Positions 30,100 to 39,452 are shown, numbered from the stretch's first letter. The stretch is 64,000 nt of DNA from Patescibacteria group bacterium (GCA_038062675.1 JBBTWP010000001.1:186059-250058), one strand, 5' to 3'. The notes: generated by a model from the sequence alone, not told the origin. Numbers and translations: made by a program.

Positions 30100-31272
30100 T
30101 TATTTTTTATTATGCCTGATAAAAATTCTTTTATACGCCATCTTTGCGACGTTATTTTCATAATAACCAGCTGTTGGGTTACCTTCCTTATATGCGCCTG
30201 TACCACCTGCTTTATAGTAATCGGCAACAAATTCTTTTGTTAAACCTGGTGTTTTCTTAAATTTATCATCAACAATACCATTATCACTTGTTCCTAAAAT
30301 ACTAAATTGTTCCGGAGAATATTTGTCGAGAAAACTAATCGGTACCCCTATAACACCTTTATAATCGCTCGGAATGGCATCAGTAAATGGTACTTCTATA
30401 GCGTCATAATTGTCATAGCGGTTATAGGATTCTTTGCCTTTGACTTCTTTATGTTTGCTGTACTTCAAATTGTCCTCCATAGTCATGAGTGGTAATGGCT
30501 TGTGACGTCGCCCGTGGTCAAGATTGGTAAACCAACAAGAATTACCGAGTCTTGTATAATCACCCACATATCCGAGTCGAGCAGCTTTCTGCTTGTCTTT
30601 TTCGTCAACTTCTGTACCTTTTGGAACGGCAAAAACCATATCACTACCATTTCCAGTCGCCCCCAACCAAGCTTTGTTTTCCTTAATTAGAGGAAAAACT
30701 TCCTTGTAGGTAATCGCGTTCATGTTGCCGATAATCACAAACTGTTTATTGGCTTCCACGATCCACGCCAAAAATTCACGGAACAGCGAGAACGGCGGAT
30801 TGGTAATGATGATGTCTGCCTCATCGCGGAGTTTTTTAATCTCATCACTCTTAAAGTCCCCGTCACCTTTTAAATACCGCCACTCAAGGTCTTCGACATC
30901 TGTCTTGCCGTCACCAGTCTTGTCGTGAGTTAGGGTAAAAATTTTTCCGTTTTTGGAAGTTTTGTTTTTATTGTATTGCGAGTCGTTTGCTTCAAAGAGG
31001 GTCGGCTGATAGTCACTTTTATAGCTCTTGCTATCTGAAGCATAACTGGTACTAATAAGTTTTTTTAAACCGAGTTTCTGAAAGTTTTGAGCTAAAAATT
31101 TTGTAAAGTTGCTCCACTCTGGGTCATCGCAAGGCAATAAAATTATTTTACCCCGAAATGCGTCCGGGTTATATTCCAAATACGCTTCAATCTCTTTTTG
31201 AATATCGTTATACTGCGTATAGAACTCGTCATTTTTTGCCTTTTTTGCGTTTGTGAGATTACTGTTTGCCAT
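30100..31272 (-). CDS. adenine-specific DNA methyltransferase, EcoRI family
   Basis: AKKAKNDEFYT, PCDDP, GDGDF, ITNPPFSLFRE and GVPISFLDKY. Confidence 0.92.
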   Translation of the reverse strand: MANSNLTNAKKAKNDEFYTQYNDIQKEIEAYLEYNPDAFRGKIILLPCDDPEWSNFTKFLAQNFQKLGLKKLISTSYASDSKSYKSDYQPTLFEANDSQYNKNKTSKNGKIFTLTHDKTGDGKTDVEDLEWRYLKGDGDFKSDEIKKLRDEADIIITNPPFSLFREFLAWIVEANKQFVIIGNMNAITYKEVFPLIKENKAWLGATGNGSDMVFAVPKGTEVDEKDKQKAARLGYVGDYTRLGNSCWFTNLDHGRRHKPLPLMTMEDNLKYSKHKEVKGKESYNRYDNYDAIEVPFTDAIPSDYKGVIGVPISFLDKYSPEQFSILGTSDNGIVDDKFKKTPGLTKEFVADYYKAGGTGAYKEGNPTAGYYENNVAKMAYKRIFIRHNKK

Positions 31273-31280
31273 AATATTTT

Positions 31281-31379
31281 AATCGAACCTAGATATACAG
31301 CTTCAAAGGGCAACCTATTGTCGGTTTATGTTCTTGGCTGGGAGACTAGGAATCGAACCTAGATATACAGCTTCAAAGG
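31281..31379 (-). repeat. two tandem copies of the tRNA-Gln 3' half (70-bp period)
   Basis: AATCGAACCTAGATATACAGCTTCAAAGG at 31281, 31351 and 31421 (the last within the tRNA). Confidence 0.9.
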
Positions 31380-31407
31380 GCGGCCTATTGGTGGTTCATG
31401 AAGAGTG

Positions 31408-31478
31408 CTGGGAGACTAGGAATCGAACCTAGATATACAGCTTCAAAGGCTGCTGTCCTACCGTTAGACGATCTCCCA
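31408..31478 (-). tRNA. tRNA-Gln(TTG)
   Basis: TGGGAGATCGTCTAACGGTAGGACAGCAGCC-TTTGAA-GCTGTATATCTAGGTTCGATTCCTAGTCTCCCAG cloverleaf with anticodon TTG; CCA not encoded. Confidence 0.95.
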
Positions 31479-31700
31479 GCACTATTCACGAACAACACCA
31501 ATTCCTACGGACCGGATAAAACAGTGTACAGACACTGTTTTATTATCCTACCATCAGACGCCCTCTTGAGCCAAGAACACAAACAACGACAATTTCTACT
31601 GCGTAGAATCGGATGAAACAATGTACTCACATTGTTTCATTATCCTACCGCTCGCCGATCTTCCCTGCACTCTTCACAAACAACACCAATTCCTGCGAAT
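31456..31700 (-). repeat. degenerate 90-97-bp repeats of the tRNA 5' end plus leader, linked by 12-bp hairpins
   Basis: TCCTACC at 31456, 31546 and 31643; recurring AACAAC..CAATT(C/T)CT; hairpins at 31516-31543 and 31613-31640. Confidence 0.8.
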
Positions 31701-31779
31701 TCTGAAAAATAGTGCGTCGTCATAAAATCGTTGACGCTGTCGCCATATTAGCGCGAAATGGCTCTGAAAACAAGCGAAA

Positions 31780-32055
31780 CTAGAACAAATCACTGTGTGA
31801 GCCAATGTCTACGAGCACCAAGACAAGCTTATCGCCTATTATCTGATACATGAGTAAAATATCATTTTGTATATGACATTCACGGAGACTTTTGAGCCCA
31901 CCGGAAAGTTCATGATCTAGATATTTAGGGTCAAGCTTTTTTCCTTGTGCGAGGGCGTCAACCACTTCTTCAAGTTTCGTCGGATTAAAATCTTTGTGGC
32001 GTTTGATACGCTTATGTGCACGCTGGTATCTGCGCGATGGGAAGATTAGATACAT
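31780..32055 (-). CDS. yafQ: YafQ/RelE-family mRNA interferase toxin
   Basis: DHELSG...RECHI..D.LL.Y...IGSHSDLF. Confidence 0.92.
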   Translation of the reverse strand: MYLIFPSRRYQRAHKRIKRHKDFNPTKLEEVVDALAQGKKLDPKYLDHELSGGLKSLRECHIQNDILLMYQIIGDKLVLVLVDIGSHSDLF

Positions 32056-32062
32056 GAAACTT

Positions 32063-32326
32063 CTATGCTATCGCATCATGGAGTTCGCGTGCTGTGCGAT
32101 ACCCCTTACCCTTTAAAGCTTCTTTTGCCTCGCGGACCAGTTCAGCCTTTTTTTCTTCAGGCAAAAAATCTGCACTCATGACCGGAAACGGAATAGAGTT
32201 CGTGCGCACAACTTGGGCGAGAAAAAGCTTCACGCCAGTTGACATGTCGAGCCCCATCGCTTGCAGGGCTTTGTTTGCCGCTTTTTTCATCTTGGGGTCA
32301 ATGCGAATTTGTACGGTTGTTGTCAT
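32063..32326 (-). CDS. dinJ: DinJ/RelB antitoxin
   Basis: VQIRID..K..A...L..MGLDMSTGVKLFL.QVV....IPF. Confidence 0.9.
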   Translation of the reverse strand: MTTTVQIRIDPKMKKAANKALQAMGLDMSTGVKLFLAQVVRTNSIPFPVMSADFLPEEKKAELVREAKEALKGKGYRTARELHDAIA

Positions 32327-32335
32327 AATACTTCT

Positions 32336-32363
32336 AGTATAGACAATGTAGTGACAATGTCAA
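32336..32363 (-). promoter_or_regulatory. sigma70 promoter of the TA operon with a repeated operator-like sequence
   Basis: TTGACA-16-TATACT on the minus strand with GACAATGT repeated between and overlapping the hexamers. Confidence 0.65.
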
Positions 32364-32368
32364 TACCG

Positions 32369-33415
32369 CTATTTTTCAGCTGGGGTTGTGCCCACAATGC
32401 GCATGAGTGCAAGCTCGAGGGGGAGGGTGGGGATGGTGGCGACGTGGAGGTCGCGGTAGGCGCTCAAGAGCTCGGCAACTTCGCGGGAGGCAAGGGTTTT
32501 GACAGCTTCTTTTGCGAGGCGCTCCAAAAATGCAAAATCTTCTTCGGCGACATCCTCTTGGATGTGCTTTTTCATTGCTGGCGCGAAACGGAGCAGGAGC
32601 ACAAAGCGCACTTTGCGGAGCACGAGGTCGAGAAGCACTTTCATGTCCCCTGTCCCCTTTTCTGCTTCCCTGAGTGTGATGAGCCCTTTTTCCAAGTTGC
32701 GGTCGGCAATGGCGGAAATGATGTCGTTCACGATGCGGTTTTGGGGTGCGCCGACAATAGCCTCGACTTCTTCGTGGGATATTTTTTTGTCGGGCGATGA
32801 CGTGATGACTTTTTGTAAAATGCCGAGCGTGTCGCGAAATGATCCATCGCCCAAAAGTGCCAAGAGGTCGGCAGACGAAGGCTCGAGTTTAATCCCCTCT
32901 TTTTTTGCGACGGTCTCAATCAATTTTTTCAAAATTGCGTGCGTTGGTGTTTTGAATCGATACGTCTGACAGCGCGAGACGATAGTCTCGGGGAGTTTTT
33001 GTTCTTCAGTGGTGGCGAGGATAAAAATGACATGACGTGGCGGTTCCTCGAGAGTTTTCAAAAGTGCGTTGAACGCTTCTTTGGTGAGCATGTGCACTTC
33101 GTCGACAATATACACTTTGTATTTTGAGTCGAAGGGTAATGTGTGGACCGCGTCGCGGAGTGCGCGAATGTCATCCACGCCACGGTTTGAGGCAGCGTCG
33201 ATCTCATACGTGTCGTTGTCGGTGGAGCCAATCTCGCGGGCAAAAATACGCGCAAGCGAGGTTTTGCCGGTGCCACGTGAGCCGGAGAAAAGGTAGGCGT
33301 GGGCGATGGTATCGTTCTTGATAGCGCCCGAAAGCCCTGTAACTACGGCCTCCTGCCCAATGACGTCCGCAAATGAAGCAGGGCGGTATTTGCGGTAGAG
33401 GGTTATGTCTGACAT
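32369..33415 (-). CDS. dnaX: DNA polymerase III subunit gamma/tau (short form)
   Basis: LYRKYRP, GSRGTGKTS, EIDAASN, DEVHML and SRC motifs. Confidence 0.96.
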   Translation of the reverse strand: MSDITLYRKYRPASFADVIGQEAVVTGLSGAIKNDTIAHAYLFSGSRGTGKTSLARIFAREIGSTDNDTYEIDAASNRGVDDIRALRDAVHTLPFDSKYKVYIVDEVHMLTKEAFNALLKTLEEPPRHVIFILATTEEQKLPETIVSRCQTYRFKTPTHAILKKLIETVAKKEGIKLEPSSADLLALLGDGSFRDTLGILQKVITSSPDKKISHEEVEAIVGAPQNRIVNDIISAIADRNLEKGLITLREAEKGTGDMKVLLDLVLRKVRFVLLLRFAPAMKKHIQEDVAEEDFAFLERLAKEAVKTLASREVAELLSAYRDLHVATIPTLPLELALMRIVGTTPAEK

Positions 33416-33525
33416 GGCGATAGTATATCATGTTGGCGCCCCAGCGGGCAAAAAAAAGCGCCTTTGGAAAATATCCGTGGGGCGCTTGCGGAATGCATCT
33501 CGGGTCAATATGTGGCTCTCGTGCC

Positions 33526-33795
33526 TTAGGTTTCTTTGTGTGCTTCGAGAGCCTCCTTTGCTTGTTGATGTCGAACCTCGGCGGTGCTCAGGTGGTTTTC
33601 GAGTCGTTCCCGTTCCTTGAGTAGCAGTGCGCACTCGGGAAATCGTGAACTGTCAGCATCACAACCCCGCAGTTTTTCCATGCGCCAATTACATTCATTT
33701 AATGCTTGCCTTGTCTCAACCAGTAAGGTTTCCGCAGTGCGGACATCTTGTATCAGTAACTCTCGTTGTTTGAGGGACTGAGGGGTGGTCGCCAT
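33526..33795 (-). CDS. hypothetical coiled-coil protein
   Basis: GGAGG SD, TGTACA-17-TAGGAT promoter-like motif and terminator at 33450-33487. Confidence 0.65.
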   Translation of the reverse strand: MATTPQSLKQRELLIQDVRTAETLLVETRQALNECNWRMEKLRGCDADSSRFPECALLLKERERLENHLSTAEVRHQQAKEALEAHKET

Positions 33796-33943
33796 ATAGT
33801 ACCTCCAGTTGAGAAATTTAAAAGATTAACTACGCTCTTTTCTCATCCTACGGTATATTATCTATTTTGTACAGATACTGTTTGGGTGGGCAAAAAAATA
33901 CACCGCACAGATAAATTCCTGTTCGGTGCAATATATGATAGTG

Positions 33944-34219
33944 CTAACCTTGGAGTGTTCGCTGTTTTTTCTTCATGTTGTCCAAATTCTGGCGCAACTT
34001 GAGTAACTTTTGCTCCAATAGAGCACGTTTTTTCTTGTTAATATTAAGCGGGTCTTTTGCGCGTGAGACAAAACCAACAAAACTAAATTGACGATTTTTA
34101 ATGACCCGCTCAGCTTCGTCAAGTTTGCGTATCTTTGTTTCAATCTCGGCAACGAGTTGCCAGCCTGTCGAAATTTTCTGCGCAATTGCCTTTCCTGGAT
34201 CGTACTTCCTACGTCGCAT
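33944..34219 (-). CDS. hypothetical basic coiled-coil protein
   Basis: AGAGGAG SD before MRRRKY and terminator at 33892-33928. Confidence 0.6.
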   Translation of the reverse strand: MRRRKYDPGKAIAQKISTGWQLVAEIETKIRKLDEAERVIKNRQFSFVGFVSRAKDPLNINKKKRALLEQKLLKLRQNLDNMKKKQRTLQG

Positions 34220-34343
34220 GGGGTATATCTCCTCTTTAGCTAAGAACTGTTCTACGTACCATAATAGGACAAATGAATAATTTTGCAATTGTTTATAAAA
34301 AAACCGCCGACGCAAGTGCGTGGCGGTTCAAGTGAAAACATCG

Positions 34344-34784
34344 TCATTGTAAGTACCCCATCCAGGATTTCCCTTGCTTTGCAAGGTCGTGCTCCTCGTG
34401 GGATATTTCACTAACGAACAGAGCTTTGTCAGTGTCATCTTCAGACCCATCCAGAGTGTAAGCTTTGGGGATTTCCTGAATTTTCGCAAACGGTGACTGT
34501 ATTACCAAGAGCAACATAAACAGAAAATCTTCTGTGGTGATTGAGTAGCCAATCGGGAGCAATCCTCTGTTGCAGAGGTTGAAAAGAATCCGAGCCGTTG
34601 CCTCATCGGGAAATTGCCAAATGATGTGAGGGCAGTGTCGCGCTAGGTCCTGACCGTACACAACAAACTTTTCACATTCTGAATCGAGCTCCCTGATTGC
34701 TGCTAAAAAAATATCGCTAGACAGAGTGTTTGGCTGCTTCCTGACCAAGATTGAGGGCTCGAGAACTCTCACGGTGTATGCCAT
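34344..34784 (-). CDS. hypothetical protein
   Basis: AGGAGG SD and terminator at 34297-34328. Confidence 0.7.
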   Translation of the reverse strand: MAYTVRVLEPSILVRKQPNTLSSDIFLAAIRELDSECEKFVVYGQDLARHCPHIIWQFPDEATARILFNLCNRGLLPIGYSITTEDFLFMLLLVIQSPFAKIQEIPKAYTLDGSEDDTDKALFVSEISHEEHDLAKQGKSWMGYLQ

Positions 34785-34868
34785 ATCGTCCTCCTAGTGT
34801 AGTGGTGAGTGTGGTCGTATGAATGTCAAACAACTACTGCTACTTTTAGAATACAATAAAAAAACAGA

Positions 34869-35882
34869 CTACGCAAGGGTCGTGTTTTTAAGAAAATCAC
34901 GAGCAATCCTTTCGACGTCGGCTGCAGTGGGTGCGTCCATAAGGCGCATACGGATTTCTTTTGCGCCATCGAAGCCATTTACGTACGCACGATAGTGTTT
35001 TTTCATCACGGCGAAACTCTTGATGTCGCCTAAAAGTTTTTCAAAAAGGTGGGTGTGCTCGATGAGTGCTTCGAATTTTTCGCGATGAGTTACAGGATTG
35101 TTTGCATCCCGCGTTTCGTCAAAGAGCCACGGATTGCCAAACGCCGCGCGTCCGAGCATGGCGCCGTCGGCACCGGTTTCTGTAGTCTTTGTGCGTGCAT
35201 CAAAAATGTCGCGAACGTCGCCGTTGCCAATAATGAGTGTGCCAGTCCCCCGCGCAAACTCCACGGCGCGCTTCACGAGTTCCCACCGCGCAGGAACAAG
35301 GGAGAGTTCTTTGCGCGTACGGGCATGCACAGTAATGGCGGCAGGTTTTGTTTCTAAAATTGCGCCCAGCCATTCATCCAGATTTTCTTTGTTGTAGCCC
35401 ACGCGCGTTTTCACGGACACAGGAAGTCCTCCTGCTCCCTCCATGACGGCTCGAATGACTTCCACAGCACGTTTTGGGTCTTTGATATGCGCTGCGCCAC
35501 AACCCTGCTTCTCAATACTCTTATCAGGACATCCCATATTGATATCGATACCATCAAAGCCAAGTTCTTTAATAAGCGCTGCCGTTTTTTTCATATGTTC
35601 GGGGTTTGAGCCGAAAATTTGTGCGACAATAGGATGCTCGCCTTTCGTGAATGCGAGGTCGCGAAGAAGCACCTGTCGACCAAGGCTACACAAGCCGTCG
35701 GCAGAAACAAACTCTGTCCAAAATACATGTGGCCCACCACCCTCCTCGCCATGGCGACTATACTTTGCAACAATCTGCCGAAATGCCTCGTCGGTCACGT
35801 CTGCCATTGGTGCCAACACAAAAAAGGGCTTTTTAATATCTGCCCAGAAGCCCATAATCGGTTTTTGCGACTCGTCTTTCAT
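34869..35882 (-). CDS. tRNA-dihydrouridine synthase (Dus family)
   Basis: LAPMADVTD, DINMGCP, SVKTR, VHART and GNGD motifs. Confidence 0.95.
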   Translation of the reverse strand: MKDESQKPIMGFWADIKKPFFVLAPMADVTDEAFRQIVAKYSRHGEEGGGPHVFWTEFVSADGLCSLGRQVLLRDLAFTKGEHPIVAQIFGSNPEHMKKTAALIKELGFDGIDINMGCPDKSIEKQGCGAAHIKDPKRAVEVIRAVMEGAGGLPVSVKTRVGYNKENLDEWLGAILETKPAAITVHARTRKELSLVPARWELVKRAVEFARGTGTLIIGNGDVRDIFDARTKTTETGADGAMLGRAAFGNPWLFDETRDANNPVTHREKFEALIEHTHLFEKLLGDIKSFAVMKKHYRAYVNGFDGAKEIRMRLMDAPTAADVERIARDFLKNTTLA

Positions 35883-35904
35883 GTTTGCACTCTAACACAT
35901 TTTA

Positions 35905-36756
35905 TTAATTTTCAAACCCGAAAAAGACTTTGTTGCCGAAACGCAAATCAATGTATTCAAGCTTTTTTTGTTGCGGACCATTTACAGGAAACTGCACCGG
36001 CAAAGCGGCGAGAAGGTTTTTTGCCAAGACGACACTATCTTGTTCTTTGTTAAAACGAAGTTCAACGCCAACAAGAACGCGATATGCACTGCTTGCATGA
36101 ATATTAATACTCATTGCTCCGTCTTCCGAAAGTGCGACACGAGATGGTTCTATGCCATGAGCACGAAGCTCACCGATAAACGTGCGAATATTTTCAAATT
36201 CCGCGCGAGGAACAATTTTGCATAGCGGTTCAAGAGCGTCTTCCTCATCAAGAAAACCGTAAAGCTGGAGGTATGCACCGTCCGAAAAAATCGGCGCGGA
36301 GTCGAAAATGAATCCGGTTTCGTCGAGGTACCAACACGGAGACATGGACTTCACTGCCACCAGACCACACCAGAGCGCGAAAGGTTTTCGTTCCGTAACG
36401 GCAACAGTGATGCTGTGCGCAGAGTCTCGTGTCGCTTTTACCGTAGCTAAACGAGGAAACTGCATTAGCACACCCTTCTCAACATCTTTTTGCGGGAACA
36501 AACGGCTGTTTTTTCTTGAATATACAAAATAATTATTTCCACCTAGAATTACATCGGTTGCACGTACAATCTCGTCAAAGGGCACTGCACGTGCACCGGT
36601 CACCTGTACCTGCTCAATGCGCCATCGCTCATGTTGAGAGATTCCTCCGCCTGCAACAAAAAAAATAATAAGAAGGAGGAAAATCGGCAACCCTCGCCCA
36701 AAGACCACGCGGAGATGCGCTCCCACCTTATTGATAATCGTGGAGATGTTTGTCAT
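35905..36756 (-). CDS. FtsQ/DivIB-like POTRA membrane protein
   Basis: N-terminal TM, V.ER.P.A.WC and EYIDLRFGNKVF. Confidence 0.75.
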   Translation of the reverse strand: MTNISTIINKVGAHLRVVFGRGLPIFLLLIIFFVAGGGISQHERWRIEQVQVTGARAVPFDEIVRATDVILGGNNYFVYSRKNSRLFPQKDVEKGVLMQFPRLATVKATRDSAHSITVAVTERKPFALWCGLVAVKSMSPCWYLDETGFIFDSAPIFSDGAYLQLYGFLDEEDALEPLCKIVPRAEFENIRTFIGELRAHGIEPSRVALSEDGAMSINIHASSAYRVLVGVELRFNKEQDSVVLAKNLLAALPVQFPVNGPQQKKLEYIDLRFGNKVFFGFEN

Positions 36757-36776
36757 GGTGCAGAAAAAACACAACG

Positions 36777-38039
36777 TTATCCAATCTTATCCTTCCCCAA
36801 ATATGGGCGCAACGCTTCCGGCACCGTAATACTGCCATCCTCATTCTGATAGTTTTCCAAAAGAGGAACAAGGATGCGCGGAGTTGCAATGGCAGTGTTG
36901 TTGAGCGAGTGTGCAAATTGCATTTTGCCTTCTTTGTTGCGGTAGCGAATGTTGAGACGACGTGTTTGGAAATCGTGGAAGTACGAAGCTGAGTGTGTCT
37001 CGCGGTATTTCCCTTCTGATGGCACCCACGCTTCGATATCATACTTTTTTACCTGTCCGAGACCAAGGTCACCAGCGCAGTTTAACACGACGTGGTACGG
37101 AATTTTGAGCTTCTGCATGAGTTTCTCTGACATCTGAAGGAGGAATTCATGATGCTTCACACTTTCTTCGTGACTCGCTTCGCACAAAATAACTTGCTCC
37201 CATTTGAAAAACTCGTGTACGCGGATGAGTCCTTTTACGTCTCTACTGTGACTGCCCGCTTCGCGACGAAATGCTGGCGAAAAAGAAATGTACTTTTTGG
37301 GAAGGTCAGCAGAAGAGAGCACTTCATCCATATGGTAGCCCATCGTCGCGACTTCAGCGGTGCCGGCAAGGAAATCTCCGTCTTGCGTCTTATAGAGATC
37401 CTCTTCGCCTTGAGGAAGAAATCCGGTGCCGAGGAGCGATTCGCGGCGCACAAGAGAGGGAACAATGAGTGGCGTAAATCCTTCCGCAGAAAGTTCGTTG
37501 AGTACAAACTGTGAAAGCGCAAAGATGAGACGCGCGCCATCATTTTTGAGTACATACCCGCGGAAACCGGAGATTTTCGTCCCACGTTCAAAGTCAGCCA
37601 TGTCGTGCTTCTGCAAAAGCTCCATCTGCCCCTTGGGGGTAAAAGAAAATTTTGGTATTTCACCCCATACTTTTATTTCCATATTGTCCGCATCGGTCGC
37701 ACCCTCGGGCACCGACATATCGGGAATGTTGGGAACCTGAAGCATAAGCGTTTGCCATTTTTTCATGGCATTCGTAAGCTCTTCTTCTTTCTTTTGAAGT
37801 TCCTCTTTTACCAACTTTGATTCTACGATCATCTGCGTACGGATAGCATCATCTGTTGCGCGAGCAACCGCTGCCGCTGTTTCGTTTTGTCGAGCACGCA
37901 TTGCCTCCACCTCAAGAAGAAGTGCTCGGCGGAGGTCATCTGCCGTGAGAAGTTCGTCAATGTTAAAATCGATATGCTTTTTTTGAGCACCGGAAGCAAC
38001 GAGATCTTTGTTTTCGCGGATGAATTTTATGTCCAACAT
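36777..38039 (-). CDS. serS: serine--tRNA ligase
   Basis: MLDIKFIREN, GTAE, FRREAGS.GLIRVHEF and HSLNNTA motifs. Confidence 0.97.
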   Translation of the reverse strand: MLDIKFIRENKDLVASGAQKKHIDFNIDELLTADDLRRALLLEVEAMRARQNETAAAVARATDDAIRTQMIVESKLVKEELQKKEEELTNAMKKWQTLMLQVPNIPDMSVPEGATDADNMEIKVWGEIPKFSFTPKGQMELLQKHDMADFERGTKISGFRGYVLKNDGARLIFALSQFVLNELSAEGFTPLIVPSLVRRESLLGTGFLPQGEEDLYKTQDGDFLAGTAEVATMGYHMDEVLSSADLPKKYISFSPAFRREAGSHSRDVKGLIRVHEFFKWEQVILCEASHEESVKHHEFLLQMSEKLMQKLKIPYHVVLNCAGDLGLGQVKKYDIEAWVPSEGKYRETHSASYFHDFQTRRLNIRYRNKEGKMQFAHSLNNTAIATPRILVPLLENYQNEDGSITVPEALRPYLGKDKIG

Positions 38040-38071
38040 GATAAGGATAGTATAGCAAAGGGAAGCTTGTT

Positions 38072-38113
38072 GCGCAAAAATGGGCGCGGCGTACGCCGCG
38101 CCCATTTTTGCGC
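38072..38113. repeat. perfect 42-bp palindrome
   Basis: GCGCAAAAATGGGCGCGGCGT|ACGCCGCGCCCATTTTTGCGC. Confidence 0.9.
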
Positions 38114-38143
38114 CGAACAACTCTGTGCTAAAATTTACCCATC

Positions 38144-39013
38144 ATGCCATCAACTCCCTACCAAATCCAAGCACTCAACCAAGAAGACTTCCCTGACCTC
38201 CTCCGCGAAATCCCCCAACCGCCCGAAAAACTTTTCCTCGCCGGCGCACTCCCCGACCCGACTGAGTATTACTACCTCTCCGTTGTCGGCTCGCGAAAAT
38301 TTACCAGCTACGGTCGCGAAGTCACCGAGCGTCTCATTGCCGGACTTGCCGGATTCCCCATCTGCATTGTTTCAGGGCTCGCTATCGGCATCGACGGTAT
38401 CGCTCATCGAGCCGCCCTCGACCACGGTCTTCCCACTCTTGCCATCCCCGGCTCCGGTCTTGATGAACGCGTGCTTTACCCGCGCGCACATCTTACACTT
38501 GCACAAGAAATCATCGCCTCAGGTGGCGGACTCCTATCTGAATACGACCCCGACCTCCGCGCTGCACCGTGGACATTCCCTCAAAGAAACCGCATCATGG
38601 CGGGCATCTCGCACGGCACTCTTGTCATTGAGGCTGAAGAAAAATCCGGAACGCTCATCACCGCGCGCATGGCGCTCGATTACAACAAAAATGTCTACGC
38701 TGTCCCCGGTTCTATTTTCACTGCCACCTCCAAAGGCACCAACAAACTCATTCGGCAAGGCGCCACCCCCATTACTTGCGCGCAAGATTTGCTTGACGAA
38801 CTTGGCTTTACTACACCTACCGCGGGCACACTCAACCTCACCCTCTTCTCTCCCGAAGAACAGGAAATCCTCACTCTCCTCAACGAACCCTGCGCACGTG
38901 AAGACATTCTCGCGACCACATCACTCTCCCCCGCCAAGGCCCTCTCCACACTCACCATCCTCGAAATCAAAGGCATCACCCGCGAGCGCATGGGCAAAAT
39001 TGAACGCATCTAA
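38144..39013 (+). CDS. dprA: DNA-processing protein DprA
   Basis: VVGSR, SGLAIGID..AH, FPQRNRI.AG, EA..KSG.LITA and AVPG. Confidence 0.95.
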   Translation: MPSTPYQIQALNQEDFPDLLREIPQPPEKLFLAGALPDPTEYYYLSVVGSRKFTSYGREVTERLIAGLAGFPICIVSGLAIGIDGIAHRAALDHGLPTLAIPGSGLDERVLYPRAHLTLAQEIIASGGGLLSEYDPDLRAAPWTFPQRNRIMAGISHGTLVIEAEEKSGTLITARMALDYNKNVYAVPGSIFTATSKGTNKLIRQGATPITCAQDLLDELGFTTPTAGTLNLTLFSPEEQEILTLLNEPCAREDILATTSLSPAKALSTLTILEIKGITRERMGKIERI

Positions 39014-39110
39014 ACACTACCCTAAATTCTGGGTGAAAACTTGACAAAACCGACAAAAAAGTGTTTCATATGGGCAGAAGTGCTCATTCATATACCTAAA
39101 GGAGAGTCGC

Positions 39111-39452
39111 GTGAACCTTCCAAGTCAAGAAATCATTTCCCGCATCGAAAAGACTATCAAAGATGCTGGATTTTTAATCAATCCTGCCACCCTCCAAAAG
39201 TCGAATTCCGACCCAACAGGTGTCTTGAGGATTGATATCTTTGGCTCTGAATCATCCAAAATGCTTCCCCGACCGATTGTCGGTTGCATGACTTTTGACG
39301 AAAAACTTTGGAAAATTTTGGTATGCGACGGAGCATACATGGTACAGATTATCGACCTTCATGCCAAACTGACTGCTGAATTGCGGAAAAGGTTTGAACT
39401 AAGGGTCCATATACTTATTACCGCTCCAGAAGCCCCGTTGGTATCTATATGA
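39111..39452 (+). CDS. hypothetical protein
   Basis: AAGGAG SD before GTG and TTGACA upstream. Confidence 0.6.
   Translation: MNLPSQEIISRIEKTIKDAGFLINPATLQKSNSDPTGVLRIDIFGSESSKMLPRPIVGCMTFDEKLWKILVCDGAYMVQIIDLHAKLTAELRKRFELRVHILITAPEAPLVSI

Noticed and set aside
30099-30230. N-terminal extension of the GIY-YIG ORF overlapping the methylase
   Set aside because: The domain begins at MKGIIY (30098), immediately after the methylase stop, so no real overlap is needed.
31281-31449. CRISPR array call for the 70-bp periodic repeats
   Set aside because: The repeat is identical to the tRNA-Gln 3' half, the spacers resemble each other, and no cas genes are in the window.
37887-39044. 385-aa Ser/Pro-rich ORF overlapping dprA
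   Set aside because: Alternative frame produced by C-rich codon bias in dprA.
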